Below, one piece after another: positions 1-9,510 of a stretch of DNA of 56,909 nucleotides. Source of the DNA: a virus (Duplodnaviria > Caudoviricetes); IMG/VR virus record IMGVR_UViG_3300043416_000094, positions 1 to 56,909 of that record. One strand, written 5' to 3'. The notes beneath the pieces are model-generated. The model had not been told where the DNA came from. It searched no databases and worked only from the letters and a program-made list of their open reading frames with translations. Position numbers and translations under genes: made by a program. Numbering within the stretch: the stretch's first letter is position 1; every line of letters begins with the position of its first letter.

Positions 1-546
1 CCCAGCAGGAAATGAAACGCCAGTGCTGCCATCAATCGTTGTTGCCATGTTTACACCTAATCTGCGCCAACAAGCGCCATGATTTCGTCAATGGTTTCTT
101 TAACTTCCCACGAGTTGCCATTCATACCAAACGCTACGGTAATTTTTGTGCCGTCTTCTTGCGAACTTTCAAAGAACGACATCATCGCCTCGGTGTTCAA
201 GATCAAACTTTCACCGATACGGCCCTTGGTTGCGTTGGTCAGTTTGATCAGCTTCATACTTGCTCAACCCAAGAAGTGGTGGCTTCATCCCACGAATACC
301 GCTTGTCATCAGTCGGCATAGGCACTGGCGCATACCAAATGCAGGAATCTTCATTCAACACCCATGACGCATACGGTTTGGGAGAAATGAAAGCATCGCG
401 CTGCGCGTCATAGGTGTAACCGATGCCCGCATAATTCTTACGGTAAGGCGTACCGCCGAGCGCATGAACACCGCCGTGCGTGTTGTACGAGGTTTGCTTG
501 TAGACATCGCCAGTACGCGCAGTCAGTTCAGCTTCTTTGCCATTGT
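1..546. repeat. Imperfect terminal direct repeat, left copy (matches 56364-56909)
   Basis: Positions 1-101 and 420-546 are identical to the right copy. The middle is colinear with many substitutions. Confidence 0.95.
57..257 (-). CDS. Hypothetical 66-aa protein in tail-fibre cluster
   Basis: ORF overlaps the stop of the upstream gene (ATGA). Protein is identical to the copy at 56420-56620 despite about 13 synonymous differences, implying it is coding. Confidence 0.85.
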   Translation of the reverse strand: MKLIKLTNATKGRIGESLILNTEAMMSFFESSQEDGTKITVAFGMNGNSWEVKETIDEIMALVGAD

Positions 547-613
547 CCTCGTCACGACCTACAGTAACGAAAGTTACGACATTGTTTGAGTCAAGTTTTG
601 CAAAATGCGCCAT
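254..613 (-). CDS. Tail-fibre-associated small protein (MAHFAKLD... type)
   Basis: AAGGAG RBS; follows the Gly-rich gene; Trp/Pro-rich C-terminus typical of fibre accessory proteins. Confidence 0.75.
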   Translation of the reverse strand: MAHFAKLDSNNVVTFVTVGRDEDNGKEAELTARTGDVYKQTSYNTHGGVHALGGTPYRKNYAGIGYTYDAQRDAFISPKPYASWVLNEDSCIWYAPVPMPTDDKRYSWDEATTSWVEQV

Positions 614-622
614 GATTACTCC

Positions 623-3600
623 TTATGCAAAAGATACGGTTTCTGATCCGGTTGATGTTGCAGTGACAGTGTAGATTTTATACCCGCCGCCAGTAGTAGA
701 AGTTTGCGTTACGCCACCGGAGAAAGTTGCAGTGTAGGTGCTAGGTATCTTGATGATGACAACGCCTGAACCGCCAGATTTTCCGTTTCTAGTTGCTCCA
801 CCAGCATATCCATTGCCTGCCCCACCGCCGCCGCCAAGATTGGCAGTTCCTGCGCTTCCGTTGGTGTTATTGGATGAGCCATTGCCACCGCCGCCCGTAC
901 CGCCATCGGTAACGGTTGCGCTGTTGCCTGATGCCCCGCCTCCGCCGCCCCCATAGGTGACGCTCGATCCCGAGATGCTTGAGGCCACGCCAGCGCCGCC
1001 TATGCCTATGTTTCCTGCTGTGTTGTTTCCGGCAGTTCCTACTGCACCTGCACCGCCGCCCCCGCCTCCACTAGAAGAATTATTGCTGCCTGTGCCGCCT
1101 GCGTAACCTTGATTTGCTGTTCCAGTTCCACCGCCGTGACTGCCTGATCCAGCGCCTGATCCACCCCCGCCCGATCCACCGTTTGAGCCTGCTAGTGCGG
1201 CGCTTCCGCCACCGCCCCCGCCGGTTGATGTAATGGACGAAAAAACAGAGTTTGATCCGTTAGTTCCATTTGGACTAGACGATGATCCAGCGCCACCTGC
1301 ACCTACTGTTACGGTGTAGTTAGTGCCAATAACAATAGGCAAAATTGATTCAGCAGAACCCCCGCCGCCACTTGTTCCTGCGGATGTTCTAAATCCACCT
1401 GCCCCACCACCGCCTGCTTCGTCCCATCCTCCGCCACCGCCACCAGCTACAACAAGGTATTCAGCAAGAAAACCGGGGGCAAACGAAACAGTCTCGTTGC
1501 CCGTGCTTGTTGCCGTAACCGAGTAGATGTTGTAGCCACCCGAAGTTGATACGGTTTGCGTTACGCCACCGGAAAATGTTCCCACATGAGTGTCAGGAAT
1601 TTTGACTATCACTATGCCCGAACCACCATTGCCGCCAGCAAATTCTGCGCCGCCTGCTCCACCACCCCCGCCGCCACCAAAGTTTGCCGTTGCATTTCCA
1701 CCTACGGTTGTGCTCGACCCATTGCCAGCATTCGTACCGCCTGTACCACCCGTTCCTGTCGGACTACCCGTATTTGTGCCACCGCCACCACCGCCTGAGT
1801 ACGATTGCGATGTGCCAGATAGCGAAGAAGTCGATGCCGCGCCACCTGCTCCACCCGTTGAACTTGCGCCGTTTGCACCTGCCCCCCCTGCCCCACCTCC
1901 ACCTCCACCGGGATAAGGTGCGGTATTAAGACCGTTACCGCCGTTGTTGCCGTAGTTTGCGCCTGTTCCGCCAGTCCCTGCATAACCACCGGCATTAACT
2001 GCGCCGCCACCGCCAGATGCATTTGCAGACGAAGTGCCGTTTGCCGTTCCACCGGCAGTTACCGACCCACCACCGCCACCGCCAGCAGATGTGATGCTGC
2101 TTAATACAGACGAACTGCCATCCGCGCCGTTTACGGTTCTAACTGTTGATCCTGCGCCACCAGCGCCAACGGTTACCGTGTAATTAACTCCCGGCGCTAG
2201 TACAAGTCCTGTTGCCGTTCTAAATCCACCGCCACCGCCACCGCCCCCATAGGCTTTGCCGCCACCTGCACCGCCACCAACAACAAGATACTCGCCAGAA
2301 ATTGCAGCAACAAATGTCACCGTCTCCGAGCCAGTCGAAGTAGCAGTAACGGTAAAGATGTTAAAGCCGCCCGATGTAGACGATGTGTATGTAACGCCGC
2401 CTGAAAATACTGCGCCAATGGTGTCGGGTACTCTAAGGATAACTACGCCGCTACCGCCAGCTTTTGCAACACCGGAAGTACCATAACCGCCACCGCCACC
2501 ACCACCTGTATTGGCAGTTCCAGCAACAGCCTGACCCAAGTTAATACCACCCGCCCCTCCACCACCTGCGCCACCTGCGCCACCAGTAGCATTGGAAGCT
2601 CCACCCCCGCCGCCAGCATAGGTGACAGATGAACCTGTAATTGTTGAGGCCGTTCCCGCGCCACCAGCACCTCCAGTGCTAGTTCCGGGCGTTGTTCCTC
2701 CAACGGCAGATGCACCGCCGCCGCCTCCACCGCCATTATCGGCTGCGCTTGGAGTTCCACCATTATTACCTTGTGAGGGTGATGTTGATGGAGTATTTCC
2801 TGTGCCGCCGGTTCCACCATTGTGACCGCCACCACCACCGGAAGCACCTGTTTTTCCTGCTCTAGCTGCCCCGCCAGCGCCACCTCCACCGCCACCGGAT
2901 GAAGTAAGCGTATTAAAAATTGAATCGCTGCCATTAGTTCCGTCACCGGACGCACTAGATGAATTTGTTGCACCTGCTGCGCCGCCCGCCCCGACAGTTA
3001 CTGTGTAGCTTGTTCCAAGCGTTATACCAAGTCCGTTGGCTGTTCTAAAGCCTCCTGCACCGCCGCCACCGCCACCACCTGAATTTGAACCTGCGCCACC
3101 CGCGCCACCCGCAACTACCAAGTAGTCAACCGAAGGCGTAGTCGCAAAAGTCACAGTCTCCGAAGTTGTTGAAGTCGCTGTGACTGAATAAATGTTGTAG
3201 CCGCTAACTGCGCTGCTGAATGTATATGTCACGCCGCTTGAGAATGCAGCATAGGCAGTCGATGGCACTTTGATGATGACAACGCCCGAGCCGCCTGCTT
3301 TGCCCTGATAATACGAAGATGATTGATACCCGCCCGCGCCGCCGCCGCTGCCCGTGTTAACTGTTCCGGCTGTTCCTGCGTCTCCATTTGACCCGCCGCC
3401 ATTGCCGCCGCCGCCCGAGCCACCCGTTCCACCTTGGGCCGAGCCGCGACCATCTCCACCCCCTGCGCCGCCGCCAGCACGAGTGACGCTTGATCCAGTG
3501 ATACTGCTTGCAGTACCTGCCCCACCGTTGCCCGCATTGCCTGACGGGGAACTTACACCAACTGCACTAGAACCACCTCCTCCACCGCCAACAACATCAC

Positions 3601-4015
3601 CCGTGCCGTTGTTGTGTCCCGTGCCTCCGTCTTTGCCTTGTCCAACCGTTCCACTTCCAACTGTGCTTGTGACTGTACCTCCACCCGAGCCGCCGCTTCC
3701 TGCGTTGCCGTCTGCTCCAAAACCACCACCAGTCGAAGTGATGGAACTAAAAACAGAGTTTGACCCCGCCGTGCCAGCGCCACCGCCAACTGCGCCTGTT
3801 CCACCAGCGCCAACTGTGACGGTATATGCGATGCCATAGGAAAGTGTTAGTGCTGCTTCAGCAGACGAGCCGCCACCGCTAGTTCCCGCGCTTGTGCGGT
3901 AGCCGCCTGCACCCGCGCCACCAAATCCACCACCACCGCCACCGCCTGCTATAACGAGGAAATCGGCAGTAATCCCCGCAGCACCAGTAAAGAAAAAGTT
4001 TTTGGCGGCGAACAT
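623..4015 (-). CDS. Glycine-rich receptor-binding/tail-fibre protein with four tandem Gly-rich domains
   Basis: Start re-called at MFAAKN (TAATG overlap at 4015). Four repeats of YLVVxGGGGG...GGFRT...YTVTVGAGG...GGSGxVIxKxP. Confidence 0.8.
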   Translation of the reverse strand: MFAAKNFFFTGAAGITADFLVIAGGGGGGGFGGAGAGGYRTSAGTSGGGSSAEAALTLSYGIAYTVTVGAGGTGAVGGGAGTAGSNSVFSSITSTGGGFGADGNAGSGGSGGGTVTSTVGSGTVGQGKDGGTGHNNGTGDVVGGGGGGSSAVGVSSPSGNAGNGGAGTASSITGSSVTRAGGGAGGGDGRGSAQGGTGGSGGGGNGGGSNGDAGTAGTVNTGSGGGAGGYQSSSYYQGKAGGSGVVIIKVPSTAYAAFSSGVTYTFSSAVSGYNIYSVTATSTTSETVTFATTPSVDYLVVAGGAGGAGSNSGGGGGGGAGGFRTANGLGITLGTSYTVTVGAGGAAGATNSSSASGDGTNGSDSIFNTLTSSGGGGGGAGGAARAGKTGASGGGGGHNGGTGGTGNTPSTSPSQGNNGGTPSAADNGGGGGGGASAVGGTTPGTSTGGAGGAGTASTITGSSVTYAGGGGGASNATGGAGGAGGGGAGGINLGQAVAGTANTGGGGGGGYGTSGVAKAGGSGVVILRVPDTIGAVFSGGVTYTSSTSGGFNIFTVTATSTGSETVTFVAAISGEYLVVGGGAGGGKAYGGGGGGGGFRTATGLVLAPGVNYTVTVGAGGAGSTVRTVNGADGSSSVLSSITSAGGGGGGSVTAGGTANGTSSANASGGGGAVNAGGYAGTGGTGANYGNNGGNGLNTAPYPGGGGGGAGGAGANGASSTGGAGGAASTSSLSGTSQSYSGGGGGGTNTGSPTGTGGTGGTNAGNGSSTTVGGNATANFGGGGGGGAGGAEFAGGNGGSGIVIVKIPDTHVGTFSGGVTQTVSTSGGYNIYSVTATSTGNETVSFAPGFLAEYLVVAGGGGGGWDEAGGGGAGGFRTSAGTSGGGGSAESILPIVIGTNYTVTVGAGGAGSSSSPNGTNGSNSVFSSITSTGGGGGGSAALAGSNGGSGGGGSGAGSGSHGGGTGTANQGYAGGTGSNNSSSGGGGGGAGAVGTAGNNTAGNIGIGGAGVASSISGSSVTYGGGGGGASGNSATVTDGGTGGGGNGSSNNTNGSAGTANLGGGGGAGNGYAGGATRNGKSGGSGVVIIKIPSTYTATFSGGVTQTSTTGGGYKIYTVTATSTGSETVSFA

Positions 4016-4587
4016 TATGGGGTGTATCCCTGTGCAATCGAACCGTACCAGTTCGTTCCATCGCTGATAAACGTCAGAATGTCCATCTTGCCCGCAGTAG
4101 CGGTAATCGTTGGCGCACCGCTTGTGCCCCACTTCACACTGGTAAATGTAGCGCTTCCATTCCCCGTTGATGCAGCTTGCTTGAGGAATAACATAAACGA
4201 TTTACCCGCAGTAGCGGTCGGCATCGTGAACGTGCAAGCCGTCGAAGCCGTCAGGGTTGCAGTTTGCACCGTGCCGTTGGTCAGGGAGAGAGTGTTGGAG
4301 GAAGTCACCGTACCAATTGCAACTACAGCCTCGGTATATGCTCCAGACAAGTTTAAACTTTTTGCGGTATCAATAGTAACGGCAGTTGTGGTTCCGTTTG
4401 AAGCAAGAATCAACGAAGTTGCAGAAGTAACTTTGCCCGCAAAAGTAGCGTTCTGACTTGTGTCTAGCGTAATAGCAGCTGTGCCTCCAGACCCAGTATC
4501 ATTGGTCTTGAGTACAAGAGTTCCATCTGTATTGCCGGTAACAACAATCGGGTTGGTTGAGCCAGTCCCTGCGGTAATGGTACTCAT
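4015..4587 (-). CDS. Tail-fibre module protein
   Basis: Start MSTITAG (ATGA overlap). Thr/Gly-rich; C-terminal WxxxxAPTITATAGKxDILTFxSDGTNWYG motif. Confidence 0.7.
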   Translation of the reverse strand: MSTITAGTGSTNPIVVTGNTDGTLVLKTNDTGSGGTAAITLDTSQNATFAGKVTSATSLILASNGTTTAVTIDTAKSLNLSGAYTEAVVAIGTVTSSNTLSLTNGTVQTATLTASTACTFTMPTATAGKSFMLFLKQAASTGNGSATFTSVKWGTSGAPTITATAGKMDILTFISDGTNWYGSIAQGYTP

Positions 4588-5063
4588 ACTATCACCCACC
4601 TTTGTCCTGAAGATACGGTTACGGCAACGCCGCTGTTAACGGTTATCGGGCCTACGGAAAAACCGTTTGTTCCAGTTGCAATAGTGTAGCTACTGGATAC
4701 TGCGGTACTATTAACAACGATTCCGTTGCCCATGATTTTGTTGGTCAAAGTCTGCGCCGCGTCAGCGGTTACAGCAGTAGCGGCAGTAAGCCGCAGTTCT
4801 ACCGTGTCGCCAGTGAGCCATGCTACCGCCGTAGTTCCTTCTTGCGCCCTTACAATGGTAAAAGTGTCGGTAGACCGAGCAGTAACCTTGACAATTTCTA
4901 CGGCAGCTGCGGAGTTCTCAAGGGTGACAAAAGTGTAATCACCGCCACTCAACGTGGGAAACAGCGCCCCCTTACCAGTAGCTACAGTAAGTGAGGTAGC
5001 AACGCTAGAAATTCCGCTAGCAAGCGTGGTTGAAGCATTATTAGTAGCTAGGTAAGCGGCCAT
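4584..5063 (-). CDS. Tail-fibre anchor/module protein (N-terminus paralogous to 54149-55219)
   Basis: Shares EIVKxTARSTDTFTIVRAQEGTTA...VELR...QTLTNK with the 55219 gene. Confidence 0.75.
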   Translation of the reverse strand: MAAYLATNNASTTLASGISSVATSLTVATGKGALFPTLSGGDYTFVTLENSAAAVEIVKVTARSTDTFTIVRAQEGTTAVAWLTGDTVELRLTAATAVTADAAQTLTNKIMGNGIVVNSTAVSSSYTIATGTNGFSVGPITVNSGVAVTVSSGQRWVIV

Positions 5064-5064
5064 A

Positions 5065-5652
5065 TCAACCCTTCATCTTGGCCACAAACGACTGTAGGAA
5101 AGCTGTAGCCCTCTGTGAATCTACGTTCTCTGAGTCTTTAGACTCAGCACGGTAGACAACATAGTCCTCAAGCGCAGGCTGGTACGTGACCGGCAAGTCG
5201 GTAATTGTGTCCGTCAACGCAAGGGTAGTTGGGTTACGCACGTACCGAACATCCAGAACTTGGTTTACCGGAGCCTTGGGGTAGACGTAGAACTTGAGCG
5301 GGTCGTTGGCAAACTTAACATACTGCGTAGCCGGGCCTGCAGTGTCAGTTCTCCATGACCGGTTGAAGGTGCTCATGGACATGAAGTCAAACGCCGTAAT
5401 AGACGCCCCGTTGTGGATACACAATACTTCCACCAGAGTAACTGCATCGGTAAACGAGACAGTCTGTTCGCACTGACCAGAAATACAGGTGTAGTCACCT
5501 ACGGTAAAAAAGAGTTCTGGGCGAAGGATCAGAGCCTCGCGCATTGCGTCGTTAACGTACGACAACAACTCGGTATCCGTCTGGCGTGGAGAAGTTGTAC
5601 TGGTATCGTTAAGGATGTACCTAGCCGCTGTAATGATATTTTGTGGAGTCAT
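5065..5652 (-). CDS. Putative head-tail adaptor / tail tubular protein
   Basis: ELLSYVNDA, YVYP and LEDYVVYRA pattern of podoviral adaptors; located downstream of the capsid genes. Confidence 0.65.
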   Translation of the reverse strand: MTPQNIITAARYILNDTSTTSPRQTDTELLSYVNDAMREALILRPELFFTVGDYTCISGQCEQTVSFTDAVTLVEVLCIHNGASITAFDFMSMSTFNRSWRTDTAGPATQYVKFANDPLKFYVYPKAPVNQVLDVRYVRNPTTLALTDTITDLPVTYQPALEDYVVYRAESKDSENVDSQRATAFLQSFVAKMKG

Positions 5653-5653
5653 G

Positions 5654-6394
5654 TCAATGCACCGTTAGGGGCGAACTTCCAGTATGCGGAGTCAGCGAAT
5701 TGTACCCAGTATGTGGAGTAATGGGGTCAGAATCTGCATGGCCCTGCCAGTAGATACCAAGTACAGTTACAGTGAAGAGCGTGTCCCCGGCTTCAGTAAT
5801 CGTTCCAGTTCCAGAAACAGACGCACTTCCTGAGAAAGTAAGGGTGTTAGATGCTTGTGTAACCGACAAAGACCCAGACCTGCCGAGTACTGCTACAGCG
5901 GTAACCGTATTAGCAGCTTGAGTTAGCGACGAGTTTCCGTCTAGCGTAGCTGTACCCGTAAAGGATAGAGTATTGTTGCCCTGCGTCATAACCGAGATGC
6001 CGGTTATCTGCAAAGTACCCGCAAAAAGTAGCGAGTTTGAAGCTTGAGTCTGTACCAGACTTGCTAGAGTTGAAACCAAACCAGCCGAAGTTACAGTCTG
6101 GCTGTCTTGAGTCTTCGACAAACTACCTGCCAACGCAACAGCTGCGCTAGCAGTTATGGTGTTACTAGCCTGTGTTTGGCTGGATGCTCCGGCGATAGAC
6201 ACCGCAGACGAAGCCGACAGCGTTTGATCATCCTGCGTTTTGCTAAGCGCCCCCACCAATGTGAGAGCGCCAGCTGCAACAATAGCGTTGGAAGCCTGCG
6301 TTGCGTCCAGAACCCCAATGCGTCCGGAACCACCCCTAGAGCCATTTAGAGCCGCGCCGTTAAGCTGGACTCCGTTAATAGCCCCAAACGCCAT
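5654..6394 (-). CDS. Virion structural protein with ~22-aa internal repeats
   Basis: Repeated GxLSxTQxxxTL units; translationally coupled within the structural operon. Confidence 0.6.
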   Translation of the reverse strand: MAFGAINGVQLNGAALNGSRGGSGRIGVLDATQASNAIVAAGALTLVGALSKTQDDQTLSASSAVSIAGASSQTQASNTITASAAVALAGSLSKTQDSQTVTSAGLVSTLASLVQTQASNSLLFAGTLQITGISVMTQGNNTLSFTGTATLDGNSSLTQAANTVTAVAVLGRSGSLSVTQASNTLTFSGSASVSGTGTITEAGDTLFTVTVLGIYWQGHADSDPITPHTGYNSLTPHTGSSPLTVH

Positions 6395-6810
6395 TACGAG
6401 TTACCGGCAGTCAGTGTAAAGGTGCTGATTGCAACAGCTTGGCCAGAGGCAATGCTAGTGTTGTCTAGGGTAAGGTCTCCACCGCCGCCAGTAACCGTCA
6501 CTGTGCCTTGAAGGTGGCAGGTGGTAACCGTAGAGTCCCAAATACGCCAATAGCCAGCAGCAGTGCCAGTACTAGCGCCAGCATCTCCGGTAGTTGACCA
6601 CGTACCAGACTTAACTTTAGTACCGCCAGAAGCAGCAGCCATCCAGTCAGAGGGCAAGGAGAAGCTGGCCAGCATGGTTCCCGACACTGCCGTAGCAGTG
6701 GTAGCGGGAACAGAACCGGAATACAGCCGAAGAACGGCAGACGTACCAACAGTAGATTCAGTTTGATCCAGTTGGTTGTTGCGCAGAGTTACTGAGTACT
6801 GAAGGGCCAT
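6394..6810 (-). CDS. Putative virion structural protein
   Basis: AGGAG RBS; LRLYSG...GGGDLTLDNTSI pattern; structural operon context. Confidence 0.65.
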   Translation of the reverse strand: MALQYSVTLRNNQLDQTESTVGTSAVLRLYSGSVPATTATAVSGTMLASFSLPSDWMAAASGGTKVKSGTWSTTGDAGASTGTAAGYWRIWDSTVTTCHLQGTVTVTGGGGDLTLDNTSIASGQAVAISTFTLTAGNS

Positions 6811-6818
6811 GACTACTC

Positions 6819-7463
6819 CTACGAGAAGGGTTTCATCTGTACTTCGACGGGCAATTCAGCCCGAAACCGTTGCTGCCGAATACGAGCATCGGTAGCACGA
6901 CCGTCAAACTGTCGATACGCAAACGCCGCTGCATCCGGGTTAGACCACGGCTTATTAGGCTGAATCATCAGCCAGTACTTAGCGTAAGCCGTAACTCCCT
7001 CCAAGTACCACCCGTATAGCCTGTCATCCACAGAGGTCACAGTTATGGTCGGCATTACAATAGTTTTGACCAAAAAAGTCTCTACCGCTGTAGGAGTGGG
7101 GTAGAACCTAAGAGACAGCGGGTAGGTCTCCAACACCGCATACATATTGGGAGCACCGGTAGCTACAACTTGCTTGTCTATCTCAGCTTGCGACTTTGCG
7201 TCCAAGAACTCTATGGCTGTAGCCGTAGCACTGGTAGGACGGTTAATACTAACGATGGTTACAAGCTCAGTGCCGGTAGCCAATGTCAAAGCATAGTCAG
7301 TCGTACTAACTACCATAGGCAGAGAAACATCCTGCGTCAAAGCGTACGTAAGTTTGGAAAACTCCCGCGCCCCCCGGCGAATAGCATCGTCTAAGAGGGG
7401 GATAGGAGCATCCGGGCAATCTACAGCCACCCACGGGTAGAACTGGCTGAGCGTAGCGGCCAT
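6819..7463 (-). CDS. Putative head-tail adaptor protein
   Basis: CPDAPIPL...AREF, LRFYPTP and PNKPWSNP motifs typical of podoviral adaptors. Confidence 0.6.
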   Translation of the reverse strand: MAATLSQFYPWVAVDCPDAPIPLLDDAIRRGAREFSKLTYALTQDVSLPMVVSTTDYALTLATGTELVTIVSINRPTSATATAIEFLDAKSQAEIDKQVVATGAPNMYAVLETYPLSLRFYPTPTAVETFLVKTIVMPTITVTSVDDRLYGWYLEGVTAYAKYWLMIQPNKPWSNPDAAAFAYRQFDGRATDARIRQQRFRAELPVEVQMKPFS

Positions 7464-7468
7464 GCTTC

Positions 7469-7954
7469 TTACATACCTTCGGCAAAGAAACGAGCAAACA
7501 TCGTAGTTCCGCTAGCAGGTGTATAGCCGCCAACGGTCACTAGATAGCCGTACATAGTGCCGCCGGGAGGAAGAATCAACCCTTGGTAAATGGCGTTTGA
7601 GTGTACGTACAGGGTAGAACCATAGTCAGCGGGAGTGCCAAGATCAAGATGCCCCATGTAGTACGTACGATCTCCAGCGGGCAAGTCCCACGGATCGTTG
7701 TCGGCGTAAGCACTAGGCGGGGAAGCACTGTACAGATGCAGGCGGAACGAAGTCATGCCTGACGGAACTGCCGCCAGATCAACTCTAAACTCATTGCTGA
7801 TAATGGTGAGCAGCAGGTGGTCTCCACCGGTGCTAGGAATAGTGATAACACCGCCGCCAGCTGCGGTAGAAGAGCCAATTACGTCATTTGCGGCGTAAGT
7901 CGTAGTGTTAGCGGGGCGCGTAATATTTATATCGCGGTAAATATTGTTCTTCAT
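7469..7954 (-). CDS. Hypothetical structural protein
   Basis: Start re-called at MKNNIY with GGAG RBS; ITRPANTTTYAANDVI motif. Confidence 0.65.
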   Translation of the reverse strand: MKNNIYRDINITRPANTTTYAANDVIGSSTAAGGGVITIPSTGGDHLLLTIISNEFRVDLAAVPSGMTSFRLHLYSASPPSAYADNDPWDLPAGDRTYYMGHLDLGTPADYGSTLYVHSNAIYQGLILPPGGTMYGYLVTVGGYTPASGTTMFARFFAEGM

Positions 7955-7965
7955 AGCGGCTCCAA

Positions 7966-8000
7966 ATAGGGAAAGGAGGAGGCTTGTGGCCCCCTCCCCC
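7966..8000 (-). terminator. Probable intrinsic terminator after the capsid-decoration gene
   Basis: Minus strand GGGGAGGGGGC-CACAA-GCCTCCTCCT followed by TTCCCTATTT. Confidence 0.5.
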
Positions 8001-8011
8001 AACTACAACAC

Positions 8012-8365
8012 TTACGCTGCCAGTGCGCCGGTAACCCAAGTCAGGCCATCGGTACCGACCTGATAAAAGATTGCGCCCTTGGCGTTGGTCACGCTGACCG
8101 AACCCGAAGTAGCAGTACCGCCGTTGATGGTTGCACCAGTGTTCGGAAACACAGCGCAAGCTGCTGCACCGCTGTTACGAATCACCACTTCCGAACCCTG
8201 CGGTTGCGCAGCGGGAAGAATAACGCTATCAGCGGAGGTAGCGCACGTAGCCACCACGTTAATGTTGCCAGTCAGCAGAGTAGCGCCAGTAGCGCCTCCG
8301 CCAGCCAAAGCAGTAAGACCAGTAGCAACGGTGGTGTTTTGGAGTTGAATGCCGGAACTTGCCAT
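8012..8365 (-). CDS. Putative capsid decoration/cement protein
   Basis: Small Ala/Gly/Thr-rich ORF directly after the major capsid gene; AGGAG RBS. Confidence 0.6.
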   Translation of the reverse strand: MASSGIQLQNTTVATGLTALAGGGATGATLLTGNINVVATCATSADSVILPAAQPQGSEVVIRNSGAAACAVFPNTGATINGGTATSGSVSVTNAKGAIFYQVGTDGLTWVTGALAA

Positions 8366-8391
8366 GATGTGTTTCTCCTGAATTAGATAAT

Positions 8392-8417
8392 CGGAAGGGG
8401 GCGACCGCCCCCCTCCT
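8392..8417 (-). terminator. GC-rich hairpin after the major capsid gene
   Basis: C-rich and G-rich arms flanking a short loop immediately after the capsid stop codon; weak U-tract. Confidence 0.4.
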
Positions 8418-8422
8418 AGGTA

Positions 8423-9454
8423 TTACTTGACGACGCCGAGAGCCAGAGCTTCGGGCTTGACGACCTTGCGGCCATACACGTTCAAGCCACGGATGAAGTC
8501 ACCAAAGTCCGACGGGTTGCGTACTTGCTCGGTCTTGTTGACTTGGCTGGCAAAGCTGATTGCGTCTTTCGTACCAGCAATGACGCAACGGCGGTTAATC
8601 GCGCTGCCCATCGTTCCGCCAGAAGCCAGAGCCGATTGACCCGAGACCCAACCTTTGCCAGTACCACCACGCGGCAGCATGTTGCTGACGTAGACGGTAA
8701 AGCGGTCGATCATGCCAACTTTGCCGGTGCGAACGATAGAATGTTGGTCACCAGTGAAGTAGGCTTGAGCAAGGGTGGTCGTCATCAACAGCTGACGGTC
8801 GTACGGGGACATAAGCAGCCAACGGCCAGTTTCCGGCACGTTCTGTTCGTCCAGCACAGCGCCCATGTTCAAGATCAGGGTCAGCAGGTTAGCCGAAGAG
8901 GTGGTCGCATCAATCGGTACCAGATCGGTACCGAGGTTCAGGATACCCGACTTAACACCAGCAGTAGCGCCTTGGTTTTCAGCAGCGCAGGTACGGGTGT
9001 TAGCTGCAGTGGTGCTGGCCGTGTTCGGGGTAGCGCCGATGAACGTGTTGTAGTACGTCTCGTCAGTGATAGAGATTTTCAGCTGCTTGGACGCATCTTC
9101 CATGTACATGTTCAACAGGTTCAGGTCGGCTTGCGCTTGCTGAACATCATTGCACTGGAACGCGAACGACTTGGCCTTTTCGATCTGCATGTCTTGGTAG
9201 ACCGGGGTCGGCACTTCGTACTGCAGGCTTCCGCCGATAACATAGTCGGAGATGGTCAGCGTCGGGGCAGTCCGGATACGCACGGTGTCGCCCTGATTCT
9301 TGATCTCGCCTTCCCAACTGGTATTGACGATCTCGGTAAGCTGGTTATCTACGTAGTACTTGGCGTTGAGCTTTTTGCTCCACAGCATCGGGTTGAAGAC
9401 TGTGGACTGAAGCGGACTGGTCAGAAACGGGGCGGCTGGGGTAAGAATAGCCAT
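8423..9454 (-). CDS. Major capsid protein
   Basis: 343 aa; FNPMLWS, WEGEIKNQGDTVRI, LDEQNVP..GRW and RGLNVYGRKVVKPEAL motifs; follows the scaffold gene. Confidence 0.92.
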   Translation of the reverse strand: MAILTPAAPFLTSPLQSTVFNPMLWSKKLNAKYYVDNQLTEIVNTSWEGEIKNQGDTVRIRTAPTLTISDYVIGGSLQYEVPTPVYQDMQIEKAKSFAFQCNDVQQAQADLNLLNMYMEDASKQLKISITDETYYNTFIGATPNTASTTAANTRTCAAENQGATAGVKSGILNLGTDLVPIDATTSSANLLTLILNMGAVLDEQNVPETGRWLLMSPYDRQLLMTTTLAQAYFTGDQHSIVRTGKVGMIDRFTVYVSNMLPRGGTGKGWVSGQSALASGGTMGSAINRRCVIAGTKDAISFASQVNKTEQVRNPSDFGDFIRGLNVYGRKVVKPEALALGVVK

Positions 9455-9510
9455 GAAATACTCCTAAGAGGTAAGTGGGGGTTGGTTGCTCCGAGCTTAC
9501 CTCCATGCAC

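Noticed and set aside
1-546. Diversity-generating retroelement template/variable repeat pair
   Set aside because: Differences are mostly synonymous third-position changes, not adenine-specific, and no reverse transcriptase is present.
738-3839. Pro-rich + strand ORFs
   Set aside because: They are antisense shadows of Gly codons in the Gly-rich gene.
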